Of a stretch of 64,000 nt of DNA, positions 1-13,200 are shown in pieces (position 1 is the stretch's first letter; every line of letters starts with the position of its first letter). Under the pieces are notes generated by a model. It had not been told where the DNA came from. It made no database searches and saw only the letters and a list, made by a program, of their open reading frames with translations. Origin of the DNA: Octopus bimaculoides (taxonomy: Eukaryota); assembly GCF_001194135.2 (NCBI RefSeq), contig NC_068986.1, forward strand, positions 73,787,570 through 73,851,569, in the 5' to 3' direction. The translations under genes were made by a program, and so were the position numbers.

Positions 1-700
1 CCTTCAGTAAAGTAAAGACTCCTTTCAATCATGAATGACCATGGGATTGCACTGAGAAAGTCCCCCTCCTGAGCAGACAAGTTTGAATGAGTGAGACCAG
101 CAGTTGCCCATGCATACCGGTCTCCCCTCTCCATGCCACTGATGTTATCCAAGGGAAAAGCAAAGACCAATACAGCTTGGCATTAGTGATGTCGTAACTC
201 ATTTCTATAGCTGAGTGAATTGGTGCAATGTGTATAATAAAGTGTCTTGCTCAAGAGCATAACACATAACACAGTCTGAGAATTGAACTCAGTACCTCAT
301 AGTTGTGAGCATAACCCTCCAACCACTGGGCCATGTGCCTTCACAGTTAAAGGGTTAAAGTGAGTGACAATTCAATGGGCCACCTATAGAGTCAAACCAA
401 GAATCGAGAAAGTCTCCCTCCTGAGCGTACAAGTTTGTTTGAGTGAGACCAGCAGTCGCCCATGCATACCAGTTTCCCTTCTCCATGCCACTGATGTTTT
501 TTTTTCCAAGGTAAAAGCAAAGACCGACACAGCTTGGCATCAGTGATGCTGCAACTGATTTGTACAGCTGAACGAACTGGAGCAATGTGAAATAAAGTGT
601 CTTGCTCAAGAACACAACACACATGCTGGTCTGTGAATTGAACTCACAACCTCATGATTGTAAGCCTGAAACTCTAGCTACTGAGCAATGCCCCTTCACA
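1..700 (-). mobile_element. Two tandem SINE family D copies (tRNA-like head)
   Basis: 1-345 and ~400-700 align to each other and to the plus-strand copy at ~20795-21130; head GGCCCAGTGGTT...GAGTTCAATTC. Confidence 0.8.
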
Positions 701-725
701 GTACTACCTTTACAGGTTCAATTAA

Positions 726-945
726 CCCTTTAAACATTTAAACCGGCCATATCCAGCCCTAATATTCTGCATATCTTATGTTCAAACTGGCCAGATCTGG
801 CTTCTCACATCTACCCTGCAAGGTTATTTTAAAAATAGACAATCACACCATCAAAATCTCATAGCTATGAGATAATGCATGATCAATTAAAAACAATGTG
901 AATAAATAAGCATTACAATTACAGAATAATTTGAATGCTAAAGGG
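726..945. mobile_element. piggyBac-type MITE family 1 (220 bp)
   Basis: TTAA|CCCTTTAAACATT ... AATGCTAAAGGG|TTAA, with TTAA at 722-725 and 946-949; homologous copies at 43341 and 47009. Confidence 0.85.
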
Positions 946-1635
946 TTAATGATAGTGATTGCTAGATATTTTAGCAATCTCTATTTGTTGAATTGTTAAG
1001 TTACAGAATGCAGCATTGATGGCAACAGTTTTTTTAGAGATGTGTACATATACTGATATGTACAGGATTCTACACAGTTTCCAACCACTATATTACACTA
1101 AAGGTGTTAATGTGGCTTCCCTTGTGCTGAAGATGATTCACCTGCCAGACCCCTGTGCTAGTGCAATGTAAAAAGCACTAGAGCTGGCATCAGGTAATGG
1201 CACATGGTGGTGCTATGTAAAAACACTTGTGTTAGGTGCCAAGTAAGAAGCACCCAACATGCTCTGCAAAAGTGATTGGCATTAGGAAGGACATTCAAAC
1301 ATAAAAACCAAGTCAATTCAAACTGGAACCTGGTTCAGCTCACCAGCTTGCCAGCTCTGTTCAAAGCCTGCAACCCATGGCAGCATGGAAAATGGACATT
1401 AAATGATGGTGATGGTGATGATAATGATACACACACACACACACACACACATGCTGCAGCACTGTGAATGAGTGATGATTGAAGAAATTTCAGCTTCTAA
1501 CAAATACATATAAACTTTTATGTATTGAGCTTTTTTCCCTCATTTGCAAGCACAAACGTTCACTTCACCAGTATATGTGAGCATATGCATGTAATATTCA
1601 TATATTATCTAATATCTAATACGTATATATATGTA

Positions 1636-1676
<41 letters not shown>

Positions 1677-1943
1677 TCATCATCATCATCATCGTTTAAT
1701 GTCCGCTTTCCATGCTAGCATGGGTTGGACNNNNNNNNNNNNNNNNNNNNNNNNNNNNNNNNNNNNNNNNNNNNNNNNNNNNNNNNNNNNNNNNNNNNNN
1801 NNNNNNNNNNNNNNNNNNNNNNNNNNNNNNNNNNNNNNNNNNNNNNNNNNNNNNNNNNNNNNNNNNNNNNNNNNNNNNNNNNNNNNNNNNNNNNNNNNNN
1901 NNNNNNNNNNNNNNNNNNNNNNNNNNNNNNNNNNNNNNNNNNN

Positions 1944-1974
<31 letters not shown>

Positions 1975-3364
1975 TTATATATCTTTCACTGTGTGTATGT
2001 ATATGTATATGTATATATATATATATAGTTATAATTTTTTTTTTGTTTTGTTCACACGTTTATTTATAAAGGCCGATCTATAAGTAAATGGCAAGACAAA
2101 TAGAGAGGTATATCTACAGATATCTGCAATGTCTTATGGTGGACAGGTGTAGCATCACAGAGAAGGTAAAGGTGTGAAAGTGGTGCAGAGGAGTGACTGC
2201 AATTCATTGAGGAGATAACCCAACTTCCAGGTGTTACTAAGAGGCCCACTTAACAACTTGCTAATGTTAGGCTCTTATTGACTGTTCAAAGTCAATATTA
2301 TATCCTCAATGTTATATGGCATTGCTTTCTGGCATTTATCAGATCCACTTGCTTTATAGGGAAAGAATATGGTTTCACTTTTATTCACTTTATTATTTAA
2401 ATTTTTTTTTCATCCAGGAGGTAGGCTGACTTTATGTGAAATGTAGTAAATAAAAATAGATTATCAAGAAACTCGCTGGTGACTGAGAGGGGAGCAGACA
2501 AGAATTGCCATGATGTTCATGAGAATAGTTGTTTTTTATTTTTTAATACTTATCTACATAAATAGATATGTACACCTCTGTATGTGTATGTGTGTGTGTG
2601 TGTGTGTGTGTAAGGGAGAGTGGATAGACCAAGAAGAACTTGGAATAGTATTAAGTCTGATATATGAAGGATAAACATCACAAAAGAACTGGCTGTGGAG
2701 TAAGTTGAGTAGATAGTGTTAAACCTAGTCTTGGGATGTTTATAGATAAATCCCTCTCTCACTTTCTCACTACCTGCACTATGTTTCTGTTACCAAATGC
2801 TGTACCAAACATTACAAACCAGTCCTACATCCTGAGAATAGCATTTCTGTTGAAACTTGCTTTCACATATTTCTATTATCTGATAAACTTCCCATGTTTT
2901 CAAACTTCATTTTTTTTCTTAATTATGAACCTCTTTCTCTCCATCCTTTTTTGTTATTTACATATTTAATAATAATTAGTCTGTAAGATGTCTAGGCAGA
3001 GGCATGGCTTTGTGGTATGAAGCTTGCCTTCCAAATAGATAGTTTTAGGTACAATCTAGGTCTGGCACCCTAGGTAAGTGTCTTCTGCTATAGCCCCAGG
3101 CTGACCAAAGCTTTTGGGAATGGATTTGGTGGATGGAAACTGAAAAAAACTATTTGTGTGTGTGTGTGTGTTTGTCAAGGCAAGTTGACAGTAACACACA
3201 CACATACACAAAGCTAGATAGATAAGTATATAGATATGTACATACTTAACAGTCTTTCTGTCTATCTATCTCTCTGTCTGTCTCTCTGTCTTTCTATCTT
3301 TCTGTCTCTCTGTCTGTCTTTCTATCTGTTTATCTGTCTGTCTTTTTACCTGTCGATTTGTCTG

Positions 3365-3417
<53 letters not shown>

Positions 3418-3959
3418 ACTTGTGTGTGTTACTGTCTTTTTGTCTTGACATTGCGTGATAGTTGTAAATGAGTGTCACTCTGTTCCCAATCTTCCCATGA
3501 AAACTTGTCTGGCCACAAGGAAATGTTACCTTACTTGGAAACAGGTGAGGGTTCGTAACAGGAAGAGCATCCAGCTGTAGAATATTTGCCTCATTAAATC
3601 CCATCTGACCCATACTTGCTTGGAAAAGTGGACATAAAACAATGATGACACATAAAAGTGAGAGAAAATGGATTATATTTTGCAGAAATTAGATAAAAAT
3701 GGAAGTTATGATCCATAATCTTAGACTCTGCAGTAGCTGAGAGATGTTCAAAAAGCATCAAATATTTTATTTTATTTTCTATTCATACAAACTTCACATC
3801 TTTGCTGAAGAATTCTTTGTTTTACGTTTAATTTCTTAAATCATTAAAAAGAATACTTTTAATTCAGTTTTAATTAACAATGAGAAAGAACTGTATTAGT
3901 CTTTGCATATGTTCTATGTTAGCTTCTACATGGTGATTGTTTTTGATTTCCCACACACT

Positions 3960-4120
3960 CCATCAGCACACTGGTAATTCCCATTAACAACACCCCCACC
4001 TTTGTTCATCATTTGTTACATTCATCTCTCCCCACATCTCCAACCATCTGTCACCCTCTCTCCTCACCCTCGAGGAAACTACCCTCCCTCCACCTTCCAA
4101 TCCACTCTTCATATCTTTTT
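3960..4120 (-). mobile_element. Highly decayed RTE 3' fragment
   Basis: Purine-rich minus strand translating to ...EGDRWLEMW..MNVTNDEQRW, resembling the RTE terminal motif. Confidence 0.35.
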
Positions 4121-4604
4121 CTACTCTAGGCACAAGGCCTGAAATTTTGGTGGGTGGGCAGTCAATTAGATCGACCCCAGTATGCAACTAGTACTTAATT
4201 TATTGACCCTGAAAGGATGAAAGGCAAAGTCAACCTTGGCGGAATCCACTGTTCATATTGTCTCTTCTTGTACCTTGTAGGTTTGCTCTGGTGGGCCATC
4301 ACTACCATTATCTTCTTGCCAGCTACTCTCACTCAGCCAGTGGTGGATTAATCATTAAACAAAATAAGCATGTGCTTAGGGCATCAAAAGAAGTGGGGGA
4401 ACCACAGAAATGGTAAATGGTTTATGGCACAAAAGAAATCACTTTAAACTTGTTAAAATAGCATTTGAAGTGGTTTATATTATTGGAAATATAATTTTAA
4501 GTGTTTATAGTGTCATTGTGAAGATCCAATCAAAGACTTTGCAATTCTAAAAAAGTAGGAGAAAACTTTTCAAATATAAAGTGGAAGTATCACACTACTC
4601 AAAC

Positions 4605-4777
4605 TAGGCGTAGGAGTGGCTGTGTGGTAAGTAGCTTGCTTACGAACCACATGGTTCCAGGTTCAGTCCCACTGTGTGGCACCTTGGGTAAGTGTCTTCT
4701 ACTATAGCCTCGGGTCAACCAAAGCCTTGTGAGTGGATTTGGTAGATGGAAACTGAAAGAAGCCCGTCATATATATG

Positions 4778-4816
<39 letters not shown>

Positions 4817-5103
4817 NNNNNNNNNNNNNNNNNNNNNNNNNNNNNNNNNNNNNNNNNNNNNNNNNNNNNNNNNNNNNNNNNNNNNNNNNNNNNNNNNNNN
4901 NNNNNNNNNNNNNNNNNNNNNNNNNNNNNNNNNNNNNNNNNNNNNNNNNNNNNNNNNNNNNNNNNNNNNNNNNNNNNNGCAAAAAGAGACCGATAGAATA
5001 AGTATTAGGCTTACAAAGAATAAGTCCTGGGGGCGATTTGCTCGACTAAAGGCGGTGCTCCAGCATGGCCACAGTCAAAATGACTGAAAGAAGTAAAAGA
5101 GTA
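4605..5103 (+). mobile_element. SINE family A (tRNA-derived head, internal TA/TG microsatellite, GTAAAAGA tail)
   Basis: A-box-like TGGCTGTGTGG and B-box-like GGTTCAGTCCC; about 25 homologous copies in the window; N gap inside the microsatellite. Confidence 0.9.
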
Positions 5104-5786
5104 TTATTTTCCATCTTAGTGTTTCATTTGCAAAGCTAGAAATTTATTTTATGGTTTATTATTGTTTATATTTTGAATTACACAAACACACACACACATA
5201 TATATAAGAGTACCAAAATATTTTAAGTGCTTAGGGCCTCTATGGGTCTTAATCTGGCCTTGAACCCACCCTGACAAAATGTGAGGTAGCCATGTTTCTT
5301 CTCTACAGCAAAACATCTGCACTTGTCCCCCTGGCATATTTTAGTTGCTCAACGCCTGGCATAAAGTCACCTCCCCCTCTCAAATCACCTACCCTCACCA
5401 CATCTATCCAGTGGGGCTTTTTTTCTCCAGTCATACAAGTTACTTGGTAACTTCATTAGTGCCATTGGGACGACAATAGCACCCAGATGAAGTGTAAAAT
5501 GGTTGATATTAGGAAGGGCATCCAGCCATAGAAACTACATCAAAGGCAATGTTGGAGCTTGGCGCAGCCTTGGAGAATTTTGCCGAATAGTTTAACCTAT
5601 GTTAGTATGGAAAACAGATGTTAAATGATGATGATTATAATTAATATTATGACTGATAGAAGAGATACTGACAGAGTAGGTAACAAACTTTAAGAAATAA
5701 GTCCTGAGGTCGATCTGTTTAACTAAAACCTTTTACGGTGATGTTCCAGCATGGCTGCTATCAGATGACACACACACACGCACACA

Positions 5787-5856
<70 letters not shown>

Positions 5857-5881
5857 TATATGTAAGTGCCCNNNNNNNNNN

Positions 5882-5916
<35 letters not shown>

Positions 5917-6834
5917 TATATGTAAGTGCCCATGTGGTGTCATGTAGGAGCATCTGTGCGTTGAAGCATAAATGTGCCCGAGCAGTGACACATAAAAACA
6001 CTCATGTAGCATCACATAAAAGTGCCCATGTGGTGCCACATAAAAGCGTTCAGCACACTCTGTAAAGTGGTTGGCGTTAGGAAGGGCATCCAGCCATAGA
6101 ACCCATACTAAATCAGACTGCTGTCTGGTGCAGGCCCCTGGTTTGCCAGGTCTGGTCACACTATCCAACCCATGCTAGCATGGACAGCAGACATTAAGTG
6201 GTGATAATGATGATGATGACATTTATATGAAATACTGAAGCAGCAGTTTTTACAACAGTATATGTTTCTGTTGAATGTAAATTGTTAGAATAGCAGTTAG
6301 GCCCATTTTGCAGTTTAGGGTATGAACACCAGTTAATCTCATCACTGAACAGCGAATTATGTTGAGGTAAAATAACCTACTCTTCTACAAGTGGCCACAA
6401 TCAAGATGTGTTCTTCCCTAGGAATCTCTGAGGTGCATAATAATTGAATATATAATTCCAGTTTGTTGAGAAATTAGCATATCACTTTAAAAGGACAGTA
6501 AAGAAATTGTTGTTTTATTCGATAATAAAATATCAACACTAATAATTCAAATCTTCCGAAACCTTGCACTTGTAGTTTCATAGAGTTTAATATATGCATA
6601 ATTGGGAAATATAAACTTAATTTTCAAATTTTAATATTCGGTGTGGAACCACTGAATATTAATGTTATTATTCATACTGAATATTAGCTCACTATATAAA
6701 TACTATTCATATTTAACATTTTACGGAGAGTGAGTTAAATTGAAATTATCACATGTCTGTAATAGTTGTGTTTGTCACACTTTATTTTTCATGATGAGGA
6801 TGTCAAATATATATATATATATATACACACACAC

Positions 6835-6865
<31 letters not shown>

Positions 6866-6873
<8 letters not shown>

Positions 6874-6990
6874 AATAATAAGGTACTCAGAGATCTGGAT
6901 GGTTGTACATTTACAGATTTTTATTAATATGTCACATGTTTTTATAAATCATATATTAGTGCTTGCATCTATTCTAATAGATTCTTCATA
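6866..6990 (+). mobile_element. (TA)n-embedded short element, family G
   Basis: TTAGAAAAAATAATAAGGTACTCAGAGATCTGGATGG...; a near-identical inverted copy lies at 56212-56365. Confidence 0.65.
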
Positions 6991-6995
6991 TATAT

Positions 6996-7036
<41 letters not shown>

Positions 7037-7092
7037 TATTTATACATGCACACACACATATATATACACATATATATATATATGTATATATG

Positions 7093-7184
<92 letters not shown>

Positions 7185-7526
7185 TTTTTATTAAAATGAG
7201 TAATCTTCAAATGTAGTAAACAAAAATATTTCAATTGAACAATAATAGATGAAGTTAAACAGAAGAAATGTGCTTTGCTTAAGGGTTTTATACTACTCTA
7301 CAGTATGAAGTATTAGTATCTCAACACCTTTGAACAACTCAATTCTGTATCTCAGATTCATACATAGATAATTCAATAATTGGTAATTTAATTAAGCATT
7401 CTAATTAATTTAATAAATACAAGCCATTTATTGTAATATGTTCAACCAAACATGGTTAGTAGTAACTAGACACTTCGATTCTTCTGTCTGCACCCATTCA
7501 TCCTCTCCCATACATACACACACATG

Positions 7527-7618
<92 letters not shown>

Positions 7619-8228
7619 TATATATATATGCATAGTAAATGATTGCAATAACATTTCTATTAACTAAAAAAGCTTTCAAAGTTATAAACTGTTATTTGAG
7701 GTGGTGATCGTAGTGGTGGGGTAAAACTATGGAGGGCAAGAAGCTAGATTGATAAATATCATTAGTTGAATGGGACTGTTTTAACTATGGAGGCACACTG
7801 GGACAAAAATTGTAATCATACATGTATAACAGTACTTTTTCAACTCTGTCTTAATCCCACCTCATCTACATATATATACACACACCTATATGTATGTACC
7901 CATGTACTCCTGACATGCTTGTATATTCAGCAGTAGTTTTCTATCTAGTGACATCTTAATTTACATATGAATATTAACATATTTCATTCTGTTTTTGCCT
8001 TTGGTTTGCAAAATTCTTGATGTGAATTCATGTGTTGAAACAAATTGTGACATGGGAAGGTCATCACACCAATAATAATAACAACACACATACAGGTTCA
8101 ATTCCACTTCTTTATTGTTAGTTAACTATTGCTAGTTAAGTGCACTGGTTAAACAGTCAATTGGTTGTTTGTTAGACAAAGTTCTTTTGTTGCTGTTCAA
8201 TGAATTGAATTTGTTTGTGGTGTGGTGT

Positions 8229-8274
<46 letters not shown>

Positions 8275-8319
8275 TGTGTGTGTGTGTGTGTGTATTATTA
8301 CTATTAATGGTGTAATAAA

Positions 8320-8540
8320 GTTGGTGAGCTGGCAGAATCATTAGTATGCTGGATGAAATGCTTAGCAGTATTTCACCCGCTGCTATGTTCTGAGTTCAAA
8401 TTCTGCCAAAGTCAACTTTGCTTCTTGGGGTCAATAAATTAAATACCAATGAAACACTGGGGTTAATGTAATCAACTAGTTCCCTCCTTGCAAATTTCAG
8501 ACCTTGTGCTTTCATTAGAAAGGGTTACCATTGGTGTAAT
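8320..8540 (+). mobile_element. SINE B
   Basis: Family match; other copies at ~4110-4250(-), ~21300-21510(+), ~35630-35830(+) and ~61640-61830(-). Confidence 0.8.
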
Positions 8541-9399
8541 AACTTTCTCAAGACACAACTACATATTTCATATTTTCTATAAAAATATAGGAAATATTCC
8601 ATTTCAATTTACATTTGACAAACTACAAGACTAAACAGTATAATTTCAATATTTTCTTTATTTTACAATCATCGTCTCTGTCGTCATCATCATCATCATC
8701 ATTGTCATCGTTGTTCTCATCATCATCACCTTATGATTCATTAAATTTCACTTTAAAATTAAAGATGTTCAAATAGCCAATTAACCACTACTTACTAAAA
8801 TATAGATATAAAATTCACTATGAAACCAAATCAGCAGATAAGTACTCAGGGAAGGTGCTTGGCTTCGTGGTAAAGGTATTGAGCTCAAGATCATAAGATT
8901 GTGAGTTCAATACCTGGCTGTGTGTTGTTTCCTTGCGCAAGACACTTTATTTCCTGCTGCTCCAGTCCACTCAGCTAACAAAAATGAGTGGTACCTGTTT
9001 TTCAAAGGGTCTGGCTTGTCACATTCTGTGTCAGGCTGAATCTCCCTGAGAACTATGTTAAGGGTACATGTGCCTTGGAATGCTCAACCACTTGCTCCTT
9101 AATTTCAATGTGTGGGCTGTTCTATTGATCAGATAAACTGGAACACTTGTTATCATAATCTACAGAGTGCGAAGAGAAGTACCCATCAGTTCTTCCTCTT
9201 CTCAATTCTCATTTTTTTTAGTTTTATTTATTCATCCGGAAGCAATACAGAGTGAACAGAAGAGATCCACTGATTATGGCTGTGGGTCTCTTTTGTTTGC
9301 CATACATTGTTTTCAGTCTGTGCAACTAAAGATGCCACTGCTCCTGTTTCCTCTTCTAACCCTCAGTCTATCATTCTTTTCTGCTACTCGCTAGCACAG

Positions 9400-9800
9400 A
9401 ACTCATCTACTTTCCATTTCTTCTATCACCACTCTCTTTACATGACCACTTCAGCCTATCTCATAACCTATGTATAAGTGGCTGAATTGGACCACTTGAG
9501 CCTAGTTCATTCTACCTTCACCCTCCCTTTCTATACTGTCTGTCACCATCCTGTGTTACATTGTTTGTCAGCATCCTCTCATTCCTTTTCTCCCACACCT
9601 TTTGAGCCCCTGTCATTGCACTATTTTCTGGGTCACATAGACCTCTATCATCTTGCTGCCATTTCAGTCATACTGTATTGCCTTGTATACACAGCTATTT
9701 CACAATACTGCATAGACTCCTATCACTCCACCCTTTATCATGCACCTCTCTCTTTAATATCACTCATGCCTCTATCACTCATGTGTCTCAATTCATAAAA
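9400..9800 (-). mobile_element. Probable decayed RTE fragment
   Basis: Purine-rich minus strand with an RLxWxGHVKR-like remnant (GATAGGCTGAAGTGGTCATGTAAAGAG). Confidence 0.35.
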
Positions 9801-10939
9801 AGGCTGCTCAGCAAGCAGAGACTTGGGAGTTGTAAAGTCCCTTTAGTTGTGTTGAGGACATGGCTACCCCTCAAGTGCTAGTATCGTGAAACTTTTATCA
9901 CAAAGAAAATAGATGTAGACGAAGAATTGTGAAGAGAAATAATGTGTGAAGGTAAATTTATTGCGTGGAAGGAAGAAAGAATGTAATTTCATGTTGGATA
10001 TTATTACCATATATAGTAAAACTAGCTGTAAAGTATATGATAGTTTTAGGTTATGTCATCAACTAGACACTAGCAGAGGGTAAGTAAAGAAAAACAGGAG
10101 AAATGTAGCTAATAGGAAACAAATAATGAAACAGAAACCAATGATAGATAGATACATAGAGTGCATGAGATTGAGAAGAGAGAGAGAGGGAGGGAGGAAG
10201 AGAGAGAGATGTGATGAGCTGTGATAGTTGGTAATTATTCAAATTTATATTGTTAGAGTAAAATTTGTTGGCGGTCCTTTTGATACAAATTGCAAAACAC
10301 AGAGAAAACAAGATCTGTGGACTGGTTTTAGACATAATTTTTTTGAAGTTATATTCTTGTCCTAGCATCCACCACTGTTCTGCTATCAGATTCTGATTCT
10401 GTTTAGTATTAGTATTTGGTCACTCATTTCCTCATTCTTTATTCAGTTATATTCTACTACTATTATTATTTACTTATTTGGTTGTCTGATTCTTCCTCTT
10501 TTGTGGTATTTATTATGTTTGTCTGGCTGTTTTCTAGTCTTTCTATTGTATGTTGTGGCTGTAATATCATTTTGATAATATTTATACAGAAGGAAAATAA
10601 TTATACATGTATTGGAATAAATCTTACAGTAATGTTGGTGGTCCATTGTCAGCATTGGTAGGTATAAATAAATATATAGTTAGCCTCAGTTATATCTATA
10701 TTTCCATTAATTTTTCTGGACTTCTGTCATTTTATCTAAGGAACCATTTATTTCATATATATACCATTTGAGTTCAAACTTATTACAAACCTTTCTATCA
10801 TCACAATTTTAATTAGTAGCAGAGGCATATTTCTGCTCAAATACATATAAGTATCCATTCTTACATAGTAATATATTTTTGAAATTAGTTTTAGTTCATT
10901 TATATTAATTTAAATAAAATTTGAACAAACTCTTTTGCA

Positions 10940-11140
10940 TTGAAGCAGGCCATATCTGGTCTGAATATTCTACCTGTTTTATGTTCAAACCAGCCAGATC
11001 TGGCCTCTCACACTTACCCTTCAATGTCATTCTAAAAATAAACAATCACATCATTGAAATCTCTATGCTACGAGATAAAGCATGGTTACTTCAAAACAAT
11101 ATGAATAAATGTGCATTACACTTGACAGTAATGTGAATGT
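10940..11140. mobile_element. piggyBac-type MITE family 1, decayed copy
   Basis: Interior GGCCATATCTGG...GTTCAAACCAGCCAGATCTGGCCTCTCACAC matches the family; termini eroded. Further partial inverted copies at ~25530-25625 and ~54100-54290. Confidence 0.7.
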
Positions 11141-11164
11141 TATATAAGTTTATATCAATATCTA

Positions 11165-12431
11165 TTGAGTCATCCCATAAATAATGCAGTTCTTTCAATT
11201 GCATGAACTAAAAGTCGGAGGTGGATGCGATAAACTACCTGCATCAACTTGCTATAAAAGCAGGTAGTAATTTTACTTTGTCATTATTCTTAATGCAAGT
11301 TTTGAAGAGTGCAGTTTGATTTTAACAGTTATTTTTTTCAAAGCTATAATGGAGGTGACAAAGGTGCATGTTTGGCATAGTTTGCTTTATGAGATCAAGA
11401 AAGGCAACAACGGAATGAAAAGTGTGAGGAATATTAATGCAGTATATGGGGATGGGACAATAAGCATAAGCTAGCGTCATCAGTGGTTCCAGAAATTCCA
11501 AGCTGGAGACTACAGCCTGGAAGATCTGTAGAGCTCAATGAGGGTGTCCTACAAACCCTGGTGGAACAAAATCCTATTGTAACTGTTGAGGAACTAGCAG
11601 AGAAGCTTGGATTTGGTTGTTCAACCATTCATTGACACCTGGGTGCTATTGGAAAAGTTAGCAAATTGGGTCAATGGATCCCTCATAAAATTTGCAAGTC
11701 TAATCGCACGCAGAGAGTGCATATGTGCTCTTCTTTGCTGTCATATATCACTAATGGACCTTTTTTGGACTGAATAGTGACTGGTGAGAAGAAATGGGTT
11801 CTCTATAAAAATGTTAAGCACCGGAAACAGTGGATAGGGAAAGGAGAAACACCGGCATCCCAGGCTAAAGAAGGTCTCTGTCCACGTAAGGTGTTGTTAT
11901 CTGTTTGGTGGAATATGAAAAGTTTAGTCTACTTTGAACTTTTAAACCCAAACCAAACGATAACAAAAGAGATCTGCAAGCAGCTTGAGTGGCTTAAGTC
12001 AGTACTAGAAGAAAAATGACCATCTTTGGTTTCAAGACAAAAGGTGTTCTTCCATCAGGATAATGCTCAGCCACATACAGTGAGGAAGACATTCCAAAGG
12101 CTGGAACAGTTTGAATGGGAAACGATTCCCCACCCACCATATTCACTGAACATTGCCCCATCTGATTATCATTTATTCTGCAGTCTTCAAAATCATTTGG
12201 ATGGGAAAAGAACGAATTCTGTAGATGAGGTTAGAACAGTACTGGAGGAGTATTTTTCATCACAGACAAGTGAATTTTGGAAGAGGAGCCTTGCTAGTCT
12301 ATCCTATAGATGGAAGAGCATAGTAAAAAATGAAGGAGATTATATTTTTAATTAAAAAAGAACTTTGTTTATCTTAATTTTGAAAAATAAAAGAAGTATA
12401 AAAAAACTGCATTATTTATGGGATGACCAAA
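11165..12431 (+). mobile_element. Full-length mariner DNA transposon (1267 bp), inactive
   Basis: 25-bp TIRs TTGAGTCATCCCATAAATAATGCAG (11165) and CTGCATTATTTATGGGATGACCAAA (to 12431), flanked by TA at 11163-64 and 12432-33; encloses a transposase remnant. Confidence 0.95.
11349..12355 (+). pseudogene. Mariner transposase pseudogene (D,D34D)
   Basis: N-terminus MEVTKVHVWHSLLYEIKKGNN...WFQKFQAGDYSLED. Catalytic motifs TGEKKW (decayed TGDEKW), KVLLSVWW, HQDNAQPH and YSLNIAPSDYHLF, with 34 residues between the 2nd and 3rd Asp. In-frame stops (e.g. TAG ~11472, TGA 12017), a deletion after SLED and frameshifts. Confidence 0.93.
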
Positions 12432-12959
12432 TATAATGACATAAACTTGCAGGTCATCTCATAAATTCCTATGATGATTGAAGTTTAGAAGCCTTCTGTG
12501 ATGATCTATAAGACAACCTAAGACAATCTCAGTTGTCTTGACATAAAACATTATTTATCATCCAATACATGGACACAATTCGATCATGTGATGTTTTTCA
12601 CACCCACAATTGTTGATTATTTAAGCTTATGTTGATTCATCTGGAAAGAAAAAACACATTATGGATGCTACCTGATGATGTAAATATACATCAACTTATT
12701 GTTGTGGCTTGAATCTTCTTTTTGTCTTAGCACACTTACTGTGGTACAGACAGTTCATTTTGCATTGTGGGAAAATTCAAGTTAGAATTTGTCACTTCGC
12801 ACTTCAGTTTCAAATTGTTGCAATATTTAGTTTGTTCATTTATAAAGTTATATTCTGAGCGCAATATTATTCACCTTACTTTATAACAATCTAAGTTAAG
12901 AGGTCATCAATGGTGTTCACAGAACATCTCATATGGATTTATACTTGATAAATTAAGAT

Positions 12960-13200
12960 GGGCATAAGAGTGGCTGTATGGTAAGTAGATTGCTTACCAA
13001 CCACATGGTTCCGGGTTCAGTCCCACTGCGTGGCACCTTGGGCAAGTGTCTTCTACTATAGCCTCAGGCTGACCAAAGCCTTGTGAGTGGATTTGGTAGA
13101 CGGAAACTGAAAGAAGCCCGTCATATATGTATGTGTGTTTGTCCCCCCAACATCGCTTGACAACCGATGCTGGTGTGTTTACGTCCCGGTAACTTAGCAT
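12960..13200 (+). mobile_element. SINE A, 3'-truncated
   Basis: Matches the family head and body. Confidence 0.85.

Noticed and set aside
4605-4680. tRNA-like A/B boxes (here and in other SINE heads)
   Set aside because: There is no cloverleaf; they are SINE heads, not tRNA genes.
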